Origin: an uncultured bacterium
Lineage (GTDB): Bacteria > Verrucomicrobiota > Kiritimatiellia > RFP12 > UBA1067
Reading direction: 5' to 3'
Assembly (NCBI GenBank): GCA_902775595.1
Contig: CACYNF010000002.1
Location: 3,390-67,389, forward strand
DNA: 64,000 nt
Part shown: one piece after another, positions 1 to 10,500 of the stretch
Position numbering within the stretch: the stretch's first letter is position 1
How the letters are laid out: each line of letters begins with the position of its first letter
Position numbers and translations under genes: made by a program
Notes under the pieces: generated by a model
Told to the model about the DNA's origin: nothing
Databases searched by the model: none
What the model saw: the letters and a program-made list of their open reading frames with translations, nothing else

Positions 1-202
1 TCCTCGGCGGGAAGTTGATCCTCACCGGATCGGAGTTCTTCAGCTCGACGCGCGTGACGCTCCTGTCCTGAAGCCCGACGGCTCCATCGGTCACCACAGC
101 CTTGACGAGCGGATAGCCCGCCGAGCGAGAGCCGTCTCCGCCGCCTCCGCCGGAGCCGCCGCCTCCCGATCCGTTGCCGTTTACGAGATAGACGAGTTCC
201 AT
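1..202 (-). CDS. Gly-rich phage tail/fibre-associated protein, N-terminal part only (gene continues leftwards out of window)
   Basis: ATG at about 200-202 on minus strand; translation MELVYLVNGNGSGGGGSGGGG...RVELKNSDPVRINFPPR with no stop before window edge. Confidence 0.35.
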   Translation of the reverse strand, partial: MELVYLVNGNGSGGGGSGGGGGDGSRSAGYPLVKAVVTDGAVGLQDRSVTRVELKNSDPVRINFPPR

Positions 203-205
203 CCG

Positions 206-469
206 TCAGCCCTCCCTTTCGATTTCGATTGTCTCGTTGATCGGGACGTAGGTGAGGTCTTCCGCCTCCTCCCATCTCCCGTAGGCCCACATGACCCTGA
301 CGCACCCGTCGGGGTCCTTGTCGATCCTGTGTATCGGACGCTTTTCGCCGGTGCCGAAGCATGCGTATACGATGCCTCCGTCTTCCTTGACGAGGTACGC
401 CTCGAGCTTTCTTTTCTGGAAGTGCTCGCTCGTCGCCTCGAACCCGTAGCAGTCGATCTGAATTTTCAT
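206..469 (-). CDS. hypothetical phage protein (87 aa)
   Basis: Clean ORF with ATG at 467-469 and TGA at 206-208, protein-like composition; 3 nt from upstream gene. Confidence 0.5.
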   Translation of the reverse strand: MKIQIDCYGFEATSEHFQKRKLEAYLVKEDGGIVYACFGTGEKRPIHRIDKDPDGCVRVMWAYGRWEEAEDLTYVPINETIEIEREG

Positions 470-472
470 CGG

Positions 473-1441
473 TTATCCTTTCGTCACTGTCCTGACGTTC
501 TTGCGCGAGACCATGAAGAGGTTGTCGGCTGTCTCGGTAAACATGAACACGGCGGTCGTCCCGGCCTCTATCTCCGCGAACACGTCCTCGTCGTCGCTTT
601 CATAGCCGACGTCCGAGGGGAGCGTCCACTCGGTCGCGACGGTCATGCTGAGGCGCAGCATGAAGCTCCGCGCCTTGCCCGCCGTCTTCGGCGGCATCCT
701 GAAGTTCTGCGAAGTCGAAGGTCCGTAGAACGAGTACACGTTGACCGCCTTGTCGTAGAGCTGCGCCCCGGTGTGGTCGATGAACGGCGTCCTTATGTCG
801 AACGATGCCAGCCCCGCCGGGAGTCGCCCTGCCGGGATCGTGCCGTCCGCTCCCACGAGCTGCCAGTCTCGGAACTGGAGCGTCCCGTTCTCCGCGTTCT
901 GCCCCGTTCCGAGCTGCACCGTCGGTAGCGTAGTGCGCGCGGACGTCGAGCCCGCGACCGCACCCTTGCCGAGGGACGCCGCGCCGATTCCCCACGCCTG
1001 CGCCGCCTTGCCGACAGCGACCGCGCCAGAGTCGTTAGAGCCCGATCCCGTGCCGGAGCCCGCAGACGAGTTCCATCCTATCGCGACGCCGTTCGAGGTG
1101 ACGTTCGCGCCCTTGCCGAGTCCGATGGAGTACCCTTCGTCGCGCCACTTCCTGAACACGGGGTCGCTCTCCTCGTCGATTCCGCCGCCCGCCTCGATGC
1201 GCTCCTCGACGGCGCTCTTGAGGCGCGCAAGCGCGTCGGTGATGTTCCTGAAGGACGCGAAGTACGAGTTGCAGCACGGGCGCGCGCCCTCCTCCGGCGG
1301 CGTGCCGTCGTCGCCATCGTCCGGCGTCACCGCCTTCGCGAGCGCGTCGAGCGCCGCTACGATTCCGTCGAACGCCTCGAAGTACGAGTTGGGCTTGTGG
1401 GGCTCCACCCCTTCCCCGGTTTCGTCTCCGTTGAAAGCCAT
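473..1441 (-). CDS. phage tail fibre-like protein (322 aa)
   Basis: Non-R-rich ORF; G/S/T/N-rich central region typical of fibre proteins; position in distal tail module. Confidence 0.5.
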   Translation of the reverse strand: MAFNGDETGEGVEPHKPNSYFEAFDGIVAALDALAKAVTPDDGDDGTPPEEGARPCCNSYFASFRNITDALARLKSAVEERIEAGGGIDEESDPVFRKWRDEGYSIGLGKGANVTSNGVAIGWNSSAGSGTGSGSNDSGAVAVGKAAQAWGIGAASLGKGAVAGSTSARTTLPTVQLGTGQNAENGTLQFRDWQLVGADGTIPAGRLPAGLASFDIRTPFIDHTGAQLYDKAVNVYSFYGPSTSQNFRMPPKTAGKARSFMLRLSMTVATEWTLPSDVGYESDDEDVFAEIEAGTTAVFMFTETADNLFMVSRKNVRTVTKG

Positions 1442-1456
1442 GATGTGTTTCCTTTC

Positions 1457-2308
1457 CTATTCCCGGATTTTCGTTCCGCCCCAGTCCTCGTAGAAGAGGG
1501 CGCGGAGCGCGTCGCCCGTCCCCGCGACGACATCGTCGTGGTCGGTGACGTAACCCTCCTGTCCGTTCATCGTCTCCGGCATGAGGAGCAGGGGATCGTC
1601 CGTCCACGCGCCAGTCAGCCCCGCGCAGCCCTTGTAGCACATACGCCCGGACTCGACGTTCGCGCTCCACGCGGGGATCGCGCCTTCCGCGAGCGTGTTC
1701 TGGTAGCACTGGTCGCACTTCGTCATCGCCTTCGGCCAGGGCGGGAGCGCGCCTCCCATCCCCGTGCAGCCGTCGTACACTCCCGTGCAGTCCGTGAACG
1801 AGGGACCCCACTTCGGGAAGCCGCCCGTAAGTCCCTCGCAGTATTGGTAGCAGCAGAACGCGTCCTTCATCGAGCGCCCCCACTTCGGGACCGTCCCCCT
1901 CACGCCGCGCCAGCCGCAGTACGTTCCGTTCGCGGACTCGACGAAGTCGCCCCACTGCAGGGGGTAGACAAGAGGCCGCACCGTCGCGCGTATGCGCCGC
2001 GTCGCCGCGTCGATTGCGTAGGCGGTCGTGAAGCGGAACCACTTGAGCCGCCTGTCGAACCTGACGCGGTATCTCCCCCTGGCGTCCCAGTTGTGCGCGA
2101 GCAGGGTCTGCGTCTTCGGCCAGTCCTGTTTCGTCCCGTCGCCCCAGTCGACGCCTATCGCGTCGTTTCCGCCGAGCGGCGTGAAGCTGAACTGCACCTG
2201 GCAGTACACGCCGTCGGCGACGTGTTCGTCCGTGAACTCGATGTCGAAAACGGTATCCTCGTTGAGAGGCCCGCCGCCTGCGAACATCTGCGCGATTGCA
2301 GCAGTCAT
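1457..2308 (-). CDS. Cys/Trp-rich repeat protein (tail-associated), about 283 aa
   Basis: Start ATG overlaps stop of upstream gene (ATGA at 2305-2308); internal repeats of the form C..C..GLTG(G/A).PKWG. Confidence 0.5.
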   Translation of the reverse strand: MTAAIAQMFAGGGPLNEDTVFDIEFTDEHVADGVYCQVQFSFTPLGGNDAIGVDWGDGTKQDWPKTQTLLAHNWDARGRYRVRFDRRLKWFRFTTAYAIDAATRRIRATVRPLVYPLQWGDFVESANGTYCGWRGVRGTVPKWGRSMKDAFCCYQYCEGLTGGFPKWGPSFTDCTGVYDGCTGMGGALPPWPKAMTKCDQCYQNTLAEGAIPAWSANVESGRMCYKGCAGLTGAWTDDPLLLMPETMNGQEGYVTDHDDVVAGTGDALRALFYEDWGGTKIRE

Positions 2309-4788
2309 TGTCCGTCCTCCTTCTTTGCAAGTACAAGAAACACATAGCTCGTCGACGCCTTCTCCTCCCACTCGGCGACGAGCGTCATGCCGTTCGTCAC
2401 CTTGGTGTAGGGCGTCGCGAAGTCCCCGCCGCTCCCGATCCTCCAGCCGAGGAACCTGAAGCCGGGGCGCGACGGCTTCGGGAGGCTTCCGAGGTTGCTG
2501 CCCTCGTAGTACTCCCGCGTCGGCGTCCTGACCGTTCCGCCGTTCGGGTCGAACGTGACGGTGTGCTTCGGCGGAAGCGGAACCGGCGGCTCAGGGGGCT
2601 CCGGCGGTTCGGGAGGCTCCTCGCCGCCCGACCAGTGCGCGAAGAGCTCCGTCGGCGTGTCCGCGCCGACCGTCTCGACGCCCGTCACCGCGACGCCGCC
2701 TTCCTCCGCCGTGAACCAGCCGAGGAACTCGTGCCCCTCCCAGCTCGGCGTCGGGAGCGTCCCGATGGGCGAGCCGTAGAACACTGTCTTCAGGTAGTCG
2801 TTCGCCGAGGGGAGCGAGCCAGCGCCGGGGTTGAACGCGATGACGACGGACGGGATCAGCTCCCACGATGCGTAGAGCGTGTGGTTTCTGCCCGTCGCGA
2901 CGACGGTGTCGGATGTGACTCGCGTCCCCGCTCCGCCCGTCTCCGTGAACCATCCGAGGAAGTTTGCGCCCGAGCGCTCCGGAACTGGAAGCTCTCCGTA
3001 TGCCTCGCCGTACCACACCTCCTTCGTCGTCGGCGAGACCGTCCCGCTTCGCGCGTCGAACGTCACCGTGTAGGGCGTCTCCGTCCAGTGCGCGTACAGG
3101 GTCTCGTCCTCGGCGGTTGCCACGACCGTGTCGTTCGTGACGGGTTCGCCGCCATCGGCCTCGGTGAACCATCCGTCGAACCTGTAGCCGGGGCGCTCCG
3201 GCGTCGGAAGCCAGCCGTAGGTGTAGCCGTAGTAGGCGGTCGTCGTCTCGGTCGAGACCGTCCCGCCGTTCGGGTCGAGCGTCACGACGTGCGCCGCTGC
3301 GCGCCAGTGCGCGTAGAGCGTGTGGTCGGCAGTCGTGTTCACGGTCGAGTCCGCGTCCCGCCACGAGCCGCCCTCCGCCGCCGTGTACCACCCGTCGAAC
3401 GAATATCCGTACTTCGCCGGGGTCGGGAGCGTCCCGTACTTCGAGCCGTAGACGACGGTCTTGGAGGCGGTGTCGACCGAGCCTCCGTTCGGGTCGAACG
3501 AGACCGTGTACTCGTTGCCGCGCCAGTGCGCGTAGAGGCTGTGGCTCCAGGGCGTGGAGACGGGCGTCTCCGCCCTCACCTCGTCGCCGCCGCTCGACTG
3601 CGTGAACCACCCGGCAAACGTGTATCCCTCGCGCGTCGCCGTGGGGAGCGTCCCGTAGGGCTCGGCGAACGTCACCGTCCTCTCGGACTCCGAGACGCTG
3701 CCGCCGTTCCCGTAGAACCAGACCGTGAACTGCGCGTGCCGCCAGTGCGCGTAGAGCGTGTGTTCCTCCGCTCTTTCCACCAGGGTCTCGCGCGTCACCT
3801 CCGCGCCGCCCTCCCTCTCGGTGAACCAGCCTACGAGCTCGTAGCCGTCCCAGTAGCCGGACGGCAGCCACGAGTAGTTCGAGCCGAAGTACACGTAGTT
3901 GTAGTCGGCCTGCTGTCCGGAGCCGTTGAAGTCGAAGTTGACCTTCACCTGCGCCGTCGACCAGTGCGCGTAGAGCGTGTGGTCCTCGGCCCTGTTCATC
4001 GTCGACGTTTCGGTGCGGCGCGAGCCCCCGTCGGCCGCCGTGTACCATCCGTCGAACGCGTAGCCGTACCTCGTCGGCACGGGAAGCTCGCCGTACTTGT
4101 CGTAGTACCTGACCGTCTTCGACGCGACGGGGCAGGAGCCGCCGTTCGGGTCGAACGTGACCGTGTAGGGAAGCCCCTCCCAGTGCGCGTAGAGCGACTG
4201 GCTCGACGTGATCGCGACAATCGTATCGGGCGTCACCTCGTCGCCGTCCGTAGACTTGGTGAACCAGCCCTTGAACGTGTAGCCGTCGCGCGTCGCCGTC
4301 GCAAGCTCCCCGTAGGGCTCGCCGTAGGTGACGGTCTTGGATGTCGGCGTCGCGGTGCCGCCGTTCCCGTAGAAGTTGACCCTGTACGTCCTCGCGGTCA
4401 GCTTCGCGTAGACCATGTAGTAGGTGCCCGCTCCCGTCGTCCACTTCTTGGCGTTGCGCTGGATGTACGAGAACGAGATCGTGCTCGACGCTGTCATCCT
4501 GACCGTCGCGTCGTCCATGTGGACGGAGTCGGTCCGCGCCCTGTCGGCGGTGAACGTGTACCACCCGTCGAACGTGTAGCCCGCGACGGACGGCGCGGCG
4601 ATGTTCCCGGAGTCGCTGTCCTGCGCGGAGATCGCGCAGATGCCGTGCGAGGCGTCGTCGACGTAGCCGCCGATGTCCGACCTGTACGCCGCGAGGGTTA
4701 TCGTCTCGCTCGCGGGCGTGCTCGCCTTGCGCGTGACGGTGACGGACGCGGGAATCTGCGAGGCGAAGCCGACTGTCATCCAGGCCAT
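2305..4788 (-). CDS. tail adhesin / receptor-binding candidate with about 10 Listeria-Bacteroides (Flg_new-type) repeats
   Basis: Repeating unit YTVTFDPNGG...LP.P.R.GY.F.GWFT...GG..VT..T.V....HTLYAHW about 10 times; PPEPPEPPEPP linker; 827 aa. Confidence 0.75.
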   Translation of the reverse strand: MAWMTVGFASQIPASVTVTRKASTPASETITLAAYRSDIGGYVDDASHGICAISAQDSDSGNIAAPSVAGYTFDGWYTFTADRARTDSVHMDDATVRMTASSTISFSYIQRNAKKWTTGAGTYYMVYAKLTARTYRVNFYGNGGTATPTSKTVTYGEPYGELATATRDGYTFKGWFTKSTDGDEVTPDTIVAITSSQSLYAHWEGLPYTVTFDPNGGSCPVASKTVRYYDKYGELPVPTRYGYAFDGWYTAADGGSRRTETSTMNRAEDHTLYAHWSTAQVKVNFDFNGSGQQADYNYVYFGSNYSWLPSGYWDGYELVGWFTEREGGAEVTRETLVERAEEHTLYAHWRHAQFTVWFYGNGGSVSESERTVTFAEPYGTLPTATREGYTFAGWFTQSSGGDEVRAETPVSTPWSHSLYAHWRGNEYTVSFDPNGGSVDTASKTVVYGSKYGTLPTPAKYGYSFDGWYTAAEGGSWRDADSTVNTTADHTLYAHWRAAAHVVTLDPNGGTVSTETTTAYYGYTYGWLPTPERPGYRFDGWFTEADGGEPVTNDTVVATAEDETLYAHWTETPYTVTFDARSGTVSPTTKEVWYGEAYGELPVPERSGANFLGWFTETGGAGTRVTSDTVVATGRNHTLYASWELIPSVVIAFNPGAGSLPSANDYLKTVFYGSPIGTLPTPSWEGHEFLGWFTAEEGGVAVTGVETVGADTPTELFAHWSGGEEPPEPPEPPEPPVPLPPKHTVTFDPNGGTVRTPTREYYEGSNLGSLPKPSRPGFRFLGWRIGSGGDFATPYTKVTNGMTLVAEWEEKASTSYVFLVLAKKEDGQ

Positions 4789-4817
4789 GACTCCGCCTCC
4801 TTTCCGTCAGATGAAAC

Positions 4818-5347
4818 TCATTCGATCCTGAGAAGTTTTCCCGATACGTCGAACACGACTGTGCAGAACGGATCGTCCGTCGTCGCCTTGCTTCCGCGCG
4901 TCGTCCCGCAAGGCTGGTCGTGCTTGACGAGCGTCCTCACGCCGGGGAGGTTCGCGACCACCGTGCACACGCCCGTCGGATGCTCCTCGTCGTGCCCGTA
5001 GAAGTTGAAGTGGACGCGGAACCTCCGCTCGTCCGCAGCCGCGCTCCACGGCGTCATCCATAGCCTCGCCCACTCCGCGCCCTCGACCTGCGTGATGTCG
5101 CCGGAATACTCGATGTGGTATGCGCCCACGTCGTGCGCCCTCGCGGTCGAATAGGAGTAGCCGATCTTCTCGTCGGGGCACCCGAGCCAGTAGCCGCAGA
5201 TGTCGAGGTCGCGCCCGGCCGCGTCCCACGAGAACGTGACGAGCGTCTTGAAAACCGCCTCCGCCTTGTAGACGAGCGCGTCGCCGCCCGCCTTGTACGC
5301 GAGGGGCGCGGCGTTCGCCTTGTGGCACAGCTTCCCCAAGTCGCTCA
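4818..5347 (-). CDS. hypothetical phage tail protein (176 aa)
   Basis: Real start MSDLGKL is internal to track ORF 4818..5693; ATGA overlap with upstream gene stop; N-terminal track extension is R-rich off-frame-like. Confidence 0.55.
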
Positions 5348-6685
5348 TACCGTCTCCTCCACCGCCGTCGTGAACGTCTCCCAGTCGCCGACGACGCGCG
5401 TCTTGAGGAGCCCGTTCTCGTAGACCTTGACGGCCTTCCTCACCTGGAGCTGGTGCTCGTGGTAGCGGATCGCCGCTATCTCGACGTCGCTCCCTCCCTC
5501 CGCCGTGGAGTAGCCGCTCGTCACGAAGTCGCCCGGCTCCGCCCCGCCCTCGGCGGAGATCGTGATCGTGTTGCCCTCGCGCGTGATCGTCACGTTGTCG
5601 CCAGCCTCGAGGACGGTCGCGAGCTTGCCGCCGATCTTCAGGTACCTGAGCGCCTTCCTGTCGGCGGCGCGCACGACCACCTCGTCCTCGCACTCGGCGT
5701 CCTGCTCCGCGAGGTGGTCGGCGAGCGACGTCTCGTCTGCGTCCTTCGAGTCGAACCCGTAGACCTGCACCTTGTTCGTCCTCTCGTCGGACCCCTCGCT
5801 CTCCGCGTCCTTCTTCGCGAAGTCGACGGATATGTCGTCGACCTCGACGGACGCCGCGCCGCGCCCGATCTTCAGGAACTTGACCTTCTTCCTGTCGCCG
5901 GAGCGGACGATCACCTCGTCCTCCGGCTCGTCCTCATCGGGACCCGTCTTCGGCTCCTCGGCCTTCGAGAGCAGCTCGCCGAGCGTCTCCTCCTCGGCCT
6001 CCTTGGACGAGAAGCCCTTGATCTCCAGCTTCTCGGTCTTCGCGGCGTCCTCGTCCTCTTCCGTCTCGGGGTCGCGCAGGGCGAAGTCTATCGACTTTTC
6101 GTCCGCCCTCGGCTCGGAAGCTCCGAGTCTTATGAAGCACCACTTCTCGCCGGTGCCGTCCTCCTTCCAGACGATCCGCGCGTAGCCGACGTTCGTCGAG
6201 CGCATCGCGCCGGACGTGGAGCCGGGGACTGGCTCGGCGCACAAGTCCTCCTCGTGGACGATCTCGACCTTGGCGGGCGTGACGCCGAGCGCGAGCGCGC
6301 GCCCTATCTCGCCGTTCTCTATCGGCTCCACGGCGACGGCGAAGGGTCGGACTTCCTTCTCGGTCGCCTCCTCCTCATCGCCTTCGCCGCCACCCTCGTC
6401 GCCGCTGTCTGCGGGCACTCCGTCGAACGCGGGCGTCTCGCACTCGATATCCTCGGAGGCCGCGTCGTGCGGGATCACAGCGTCTGCGAGCACCACCGCG
6501 CCGAAGCGCGGGATAGTCTCGCCGCACTTGTTGCGGACGTAGACCATGTTGCCGCCGAAGCCCGACGGGACGGCCTGAGCGCCAACGAGCCTGCGAGCCC
6601 TCCTCGCGAAATCCGCCGCGTCGAGAAACGAGTTCCACGTCGCGGCCTTTATGCTCACGGCCTCGCCCTGGTGAACCTTCTCCAT
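5345..6685 (-). CDS. hypothetical tail/baseplate protein with acidic internal tandem repeats (446 aa)
   Basis: Internal start MEKVHQGEAVSIK (residue 211 of track ORF); two about 75-aa acidic repeats (..EVIVRSGDRKKVKFLKIG / ..EVVVRAADRKALRYLKIG). Confidence 0.5.
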   Translation of the reverse strand: MEKVHQGEAVSIKAATWNSFLDAADFARRARRLVGAQAVPSGFGGNMVYVRNKCGETIPRFGAVVLADAVIPHDAASEDIECETPAFDGVPADSGDEGGGEGDEEEATEKEVRPFAVAVEPIENGEIGRALALGVTPAKVEIVHEEDLCAEPVPGSTSGAMRSTNVGYARIVWKEDGTGEKWCFIRLGASEPRADEKSIDFALRDPETEEDEDAAKTEKLEIKGFSSKEAEEETLGELLSKAEEPKTGPDEDEPEDEVIVRSGDRKKVKFLKIGRGAASVEVDDISVDFAKKDAESEGSDERTNKVQVYGFDSKDADETSLADHLAEQDAECEDEVVVRAADRKALRYLKIGGKLATVLEAGDNVTITREGNTITISAEGGAEPGDFVTSGYSTAEGGSDVEIAAIRYHEHQLQVRKAVKVYENGLLKTRVVGDWETFTTAVEETV

Positions 6686-6696
6686 AAGACGCCTCC

Positions 6697-7527
6697 CTAT
6701 ATCCCCAGCGTTCCGAAGTCGCCGTCGGGGTAGACCTTCTCGACGTAGGCGGCGGCAGGCTTCTTGACGAGGCTCTTCCCGTTCGCGGCGACCGCCGTCT
6801 TGTAGCTTACCCAGATGTAGTCCCAGCCGCGCTTGTTCGCGATGGTGAGGTCGCCTATCTTGAGCTGCGCCTGGTTCGCGGAGACCGCAAAGCGGAACGT
6901 GATCTCCCAGTTCGCGGACGCCTTCTTCGAGCGCTTCGACCCGGCGGCCCCGAGGAAGAGAACCTCCCCTGCCGCGAAGCCACGGAACGCCGCCTTGTTG
7001 ATTGTCCCGGTGATTGCGGCGACCTTCTTCTTCCAGTCGTTGGTCACGACGGTGCCGGAGAGAGTGTGCGTCTCCTCGAAGTTGAAGACCGGCATCGTGA
7101 CGTCGACGCCCGCGACGTTGCCCTCGCCGTCGACGCCTATCGCGCCGCCGAAGTCGGGCGCGTCGTTCGGGGCCTTCGCGGACGTTCCGAGCGACTGGCT
7201 CAGGTGCATCGTCCCGCCGCCCGTGTCGAACGACGTCGAGAACGCGTCCTCCTCGTCTCCTCCCTCGTCGCCGCCGGAGGAGCCGGTGGACGCGTACTCC
7301 GCCTTGACCCTCCACGTCGTGGAGTTGACGCGCTCCTCGACCTCGACCGACTCGAACGACATGCCCGTCACGGTCTTCGCCTTCGCCTTCGTCCGGGCGG
7401 CAGCGAGAGCAGCGTCCTCGTCGGCCGCGTCGAAGACGAGGTAGTGTATCTCGATCTCGACTATCTCGCCCGAGGCGTTGACCTTCTCGGTCCGCTCGGA
7501 GTACGCCTCCTCGACCTTCGCCGCCAT
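6697..7527 (-). CDS. hypothetical tail protein immediately downstream of tape measure (distal-tail-protein position), 276 aa
   Basis: Clean ORF; position after tape measure gene. Confidence 0.5.
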   Translation of the reverse strand: MAAKVEEAYSERTEKVNASGEIVEIEIHYLVFDAADEDAALAAARTKAKAKTVTGMSFESVEVEERVNSTTWRVKAEYASTGSSGGDEGGDEEDAFSTSFDTGGGTMHLSQSLGTSAKAPNDAPDFGGAIGVDGEGNVAGVDVTMPVFNFEETHTLSGTVVTNDWKKKVAAITGTINKAAFRGFAAGEVLFLGAAGSKRSKKASANWEITFRFAVSANQAQLKIGDLTIANKRGWDYIWVSYKTAVAANGKSLVKKPAAAYVEKVYPDGDFGTLGI

Positions 7528-7537
7528 AGATGCCTCC

Positions 7538-10500
7538 CTACTGGAACGTCATGGTTCCGCCGCCGACTCCGTCCTTGAGGAGTTCGGCCGTCTTCTTTGT
7601 GTGCTTCGCGATCTCCTGCGTCGCGTTGAGCATCCTCTGCTCCAGCCTGTCGCCCCGGAGGCTCTGCGCGGCACGCGCGTAGAACGTGCCCTGGGGCTTC
7701 GTGATCGACGTCTGCTTTGCCGTCGCCTCCTGCGCCGAGCGGAGCTTCGACTCGTACTTGTCGACGAGTCCCTCCGCAAGCGAGTATGCGTCCTGCGCCT
7801 TCCTGATCCGCGCCTCCTCCTCGTCCGTGACGTCGCCGTCGGCCTGCGCGTCGTCGAGCGCCTTTCGGAACTCCGCCTTCGCTGACGCGGCCGCGACCTT
7901 CGACTGCGAGATGAGGTCGTTCAGCATCTTCATCCCCGCCGCCGCGTCGTCCTTCAAGGTCGCCTCCACCCTGCGGTCGGTCTCGCCCTCGGAGCGGCGG
8001 CGTTCGATGTCCTCCGCCGTGCGGTCGAAAGACTCCTGGAGGTCGGCGATCTCGCGGTCGAACTTCCGCTTCGCCTTCGCCTCCGCGACCTTGATGCGAC
8101 GCTCCGCCGTGGCGTCCGCCTCGGCGAGACGCCCTTCGAGGTCTGCGATCTTCTCAAGGTCCCTGTCCTTCTTCGACTTCTCGTAGGAGAGCATCGTCGA
8201 TATGAGCGCCTTGTACTCGTCGCGGAGCTCGCGGATGTCCGAGACCTCGTTCTCGAGTTCGCTGCGCGTCTCGCGGATGAGCCGCCTCTCGATGTCGGAC
8301 GCCTTCTTCGCCGCGCCGTCCGCTTCGTCGGCTGAAGCAGACCGCTCCGACCTTCCACCCTCGACCTTCTCCTCAAGCTTCTCGTGTTCCGACTTGCCTC
8401 CGGTGAGCGCGTCCTCGTCGCCGCCCATGATCGCCTCCATGCGCCTGTTCGCCTCTGCGATCTTCGCCATCTCCTCCCTGATTCGCTCGCCGTTGGCGTG
8501 GATGTCCTCCGCCGCCTTGTGCATCCTGAAGGTCACCGTGTTCCAGATGTTCACCCACGCGCCGGTGAGGGAGTCGCTCTCCTCCTCCAGCTCGCGGATG
8601 TTCTTCCGCGACTCGGCGATCTCGGCCTCGATCTGGTGGATCGCCTGCGTCTTCATCGCCTCGTTGAAGCGGCTCTGCGCGTCCGCCGCGAGCGAGATCG
8701 ACTTCGACGCTCGGTCGACCTCGATGCCGAGGTCGCCGTAGCGGCCCTTCAGCTGGTTCGCGAGCTTCTCCGCCTCCGCCATCTCCGCGTTGTTGAGGCT
8801 CTCCTTCTCCGCGAGCTGGGTGAGACGCTCCATGCGGAGCTGGTCGGTCGCCCGCAGCTGGTCGCCCTTCTCGCGGAGCTTCGACATCTCGTCCGACAGC
8901 TCCGCCGTGTGCTTCGTGGCCGACGCCATGTATGCGCAGAGGCCTCCCAGGGCGGCGACTATGCCGATCAAAATCCACGTTATCGGAATCGCGCAGAACG
9001 CCGTCGCCGCTGCGGACGCCGCGAGGTAGCCCGCAGCCACCACCTTCGTGGTCGCTGCCAACGCCACGTTCGCCGTAGCCGCGACGCCCGCCGTCAGCGC
9101 GGCCTTCGCGTGGCTTAGGGTAAGCGCCCGTCCGACCGCCGCGAACGCGACGTGCGCCGCCGTAGCCGCCTTCACGGCGATTCCTGCGATGGTTTCGGCG
9201 GCGGCATGCGCCTTTGCCGAGACCGTGGCCGCGATAGTGGCGGAGTTGAGGCCTTTCAGGGCGGCAGTGACCGCCGTGAAGCGACTCGCGATGGCGGATT
9301 TCGCGGCAGCGGCCGCCTCCGCGTTCCCCATGAGGACGAGTCCCGCCGCGATCTGCTTCGCGCGGCTGTCTATCGGGAGGTTCAGGGCGGCGAGAAGACG
9401 CGACGTCCCGACCATAGCGGGGATCGCGGCGTTCCTGTAGTCGGCGAACGCCCGCGCCATGAGCGAGAACGCCCCCTGTACGAGCACTCCCTTCCCGGCA
9501 AGCGCCGCCTGGACTCCTGCAAAGGCGGAGAACACGCCCGACAGAGCGCCGATTCCGGTCGAAAGCACACGGCTCACGGTGCCGACAGCGAGCAATGCCG
9601 CGCCCAATGCGGCAATCGAGCCAGCAGTCACCGCGATTGAGGTGACGAGTCCCCTATTCGCCTCGATCCACTTCGTGAAAGAGTTTATTACGGCGGTTAT
9701 CCGCTCGACCATCGGCTTGATGGTGGAGTTCAAGGCCTCGCCCGTCGCGTTCATCGCGCCCTCGACGGCAGACTGGAAGAGGCGGAACGAGCCGCCTACA
9801 CCAGCGTCCATAGCCTTAGCGGTCGCGTCGGCCTGTCCGCTCACGTCCTTGAGCTTCGCGAGGAACGCGTCCAGCTCCTTCACGTCCTTCGTGAGCGACA
9901 TCCCGGACATCATTCCGCGAACGTCGAACACGTCCTTCATGAAGGCAAGCCTCTCCGCCGTAGGAAGCGACTTCGTCGCGACCGCGATGTCGCGCATCAC
10001 GTCCGCTATCCTGCGGAGGTTGCCGCTCGAGTCCGTCGCCTCCACTCCGACCTCGCGGAGTATCTTCTGAATCTTGACGTCCGCGAACTGGACGTACGCC
10101 TTGCGGAGCGCCGTGCCCGCGAGGGAACCCTTGACGCCCATGTTCGCCATGACGCCCAACGCCGCGCAGAGTTCGTCGAGCGACTCCCCGGCGGCGGCCG
10201 CCTGCGGCCCCGCCATCTTGAGTCCCTCGAAGAGGTCGGTCAATGTCTGCGCCGAGCCGTTCGCGGTGGCGGTGAGGATGTCCGTCACCTGCGTCATCTT
10301 CGAGGCCTCCATCCCGAAGATGCGCATCGAGTTCGCCGCGATGTCGGCGGACTCCGCAAGTTCCGTTCCCGTCGCTCGGCTCAAGTTGAGAACAGAGGAG
10401 ATCGAGGCCTCGATCTCCGTCCGGTCGAATCCCATTCGACCCAGCGCGACCATCGCGTCAGCGACCTGCTGCGCGGTGAAGGACGTCTCCCGCCCCAGCC

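Noticed and set aside
1035-5001. Long alternate-frame ORFs (for example 1035..2345 minus, 2296..5001 plus 901 aa, 2591..4564 minus 657 aa) overlapping the tail genes
   Set aside because: Translations are extremely Arg/Gly/Ala-rich with no motifs. This is typical of off-frame reading of high-GC coding DNA, and they overlap strongly supported repeat-containing genes.
4807-5693. Track ORFs 4807..5328 and the 291-aa version of 4818..5693
   Set aside because: R-rich N-terminal extensions. The real gene starts at MSDLGKL (about 5347) with an ATGA overlap to the upstream stop; 4807..5328 is an off-frame shadow.
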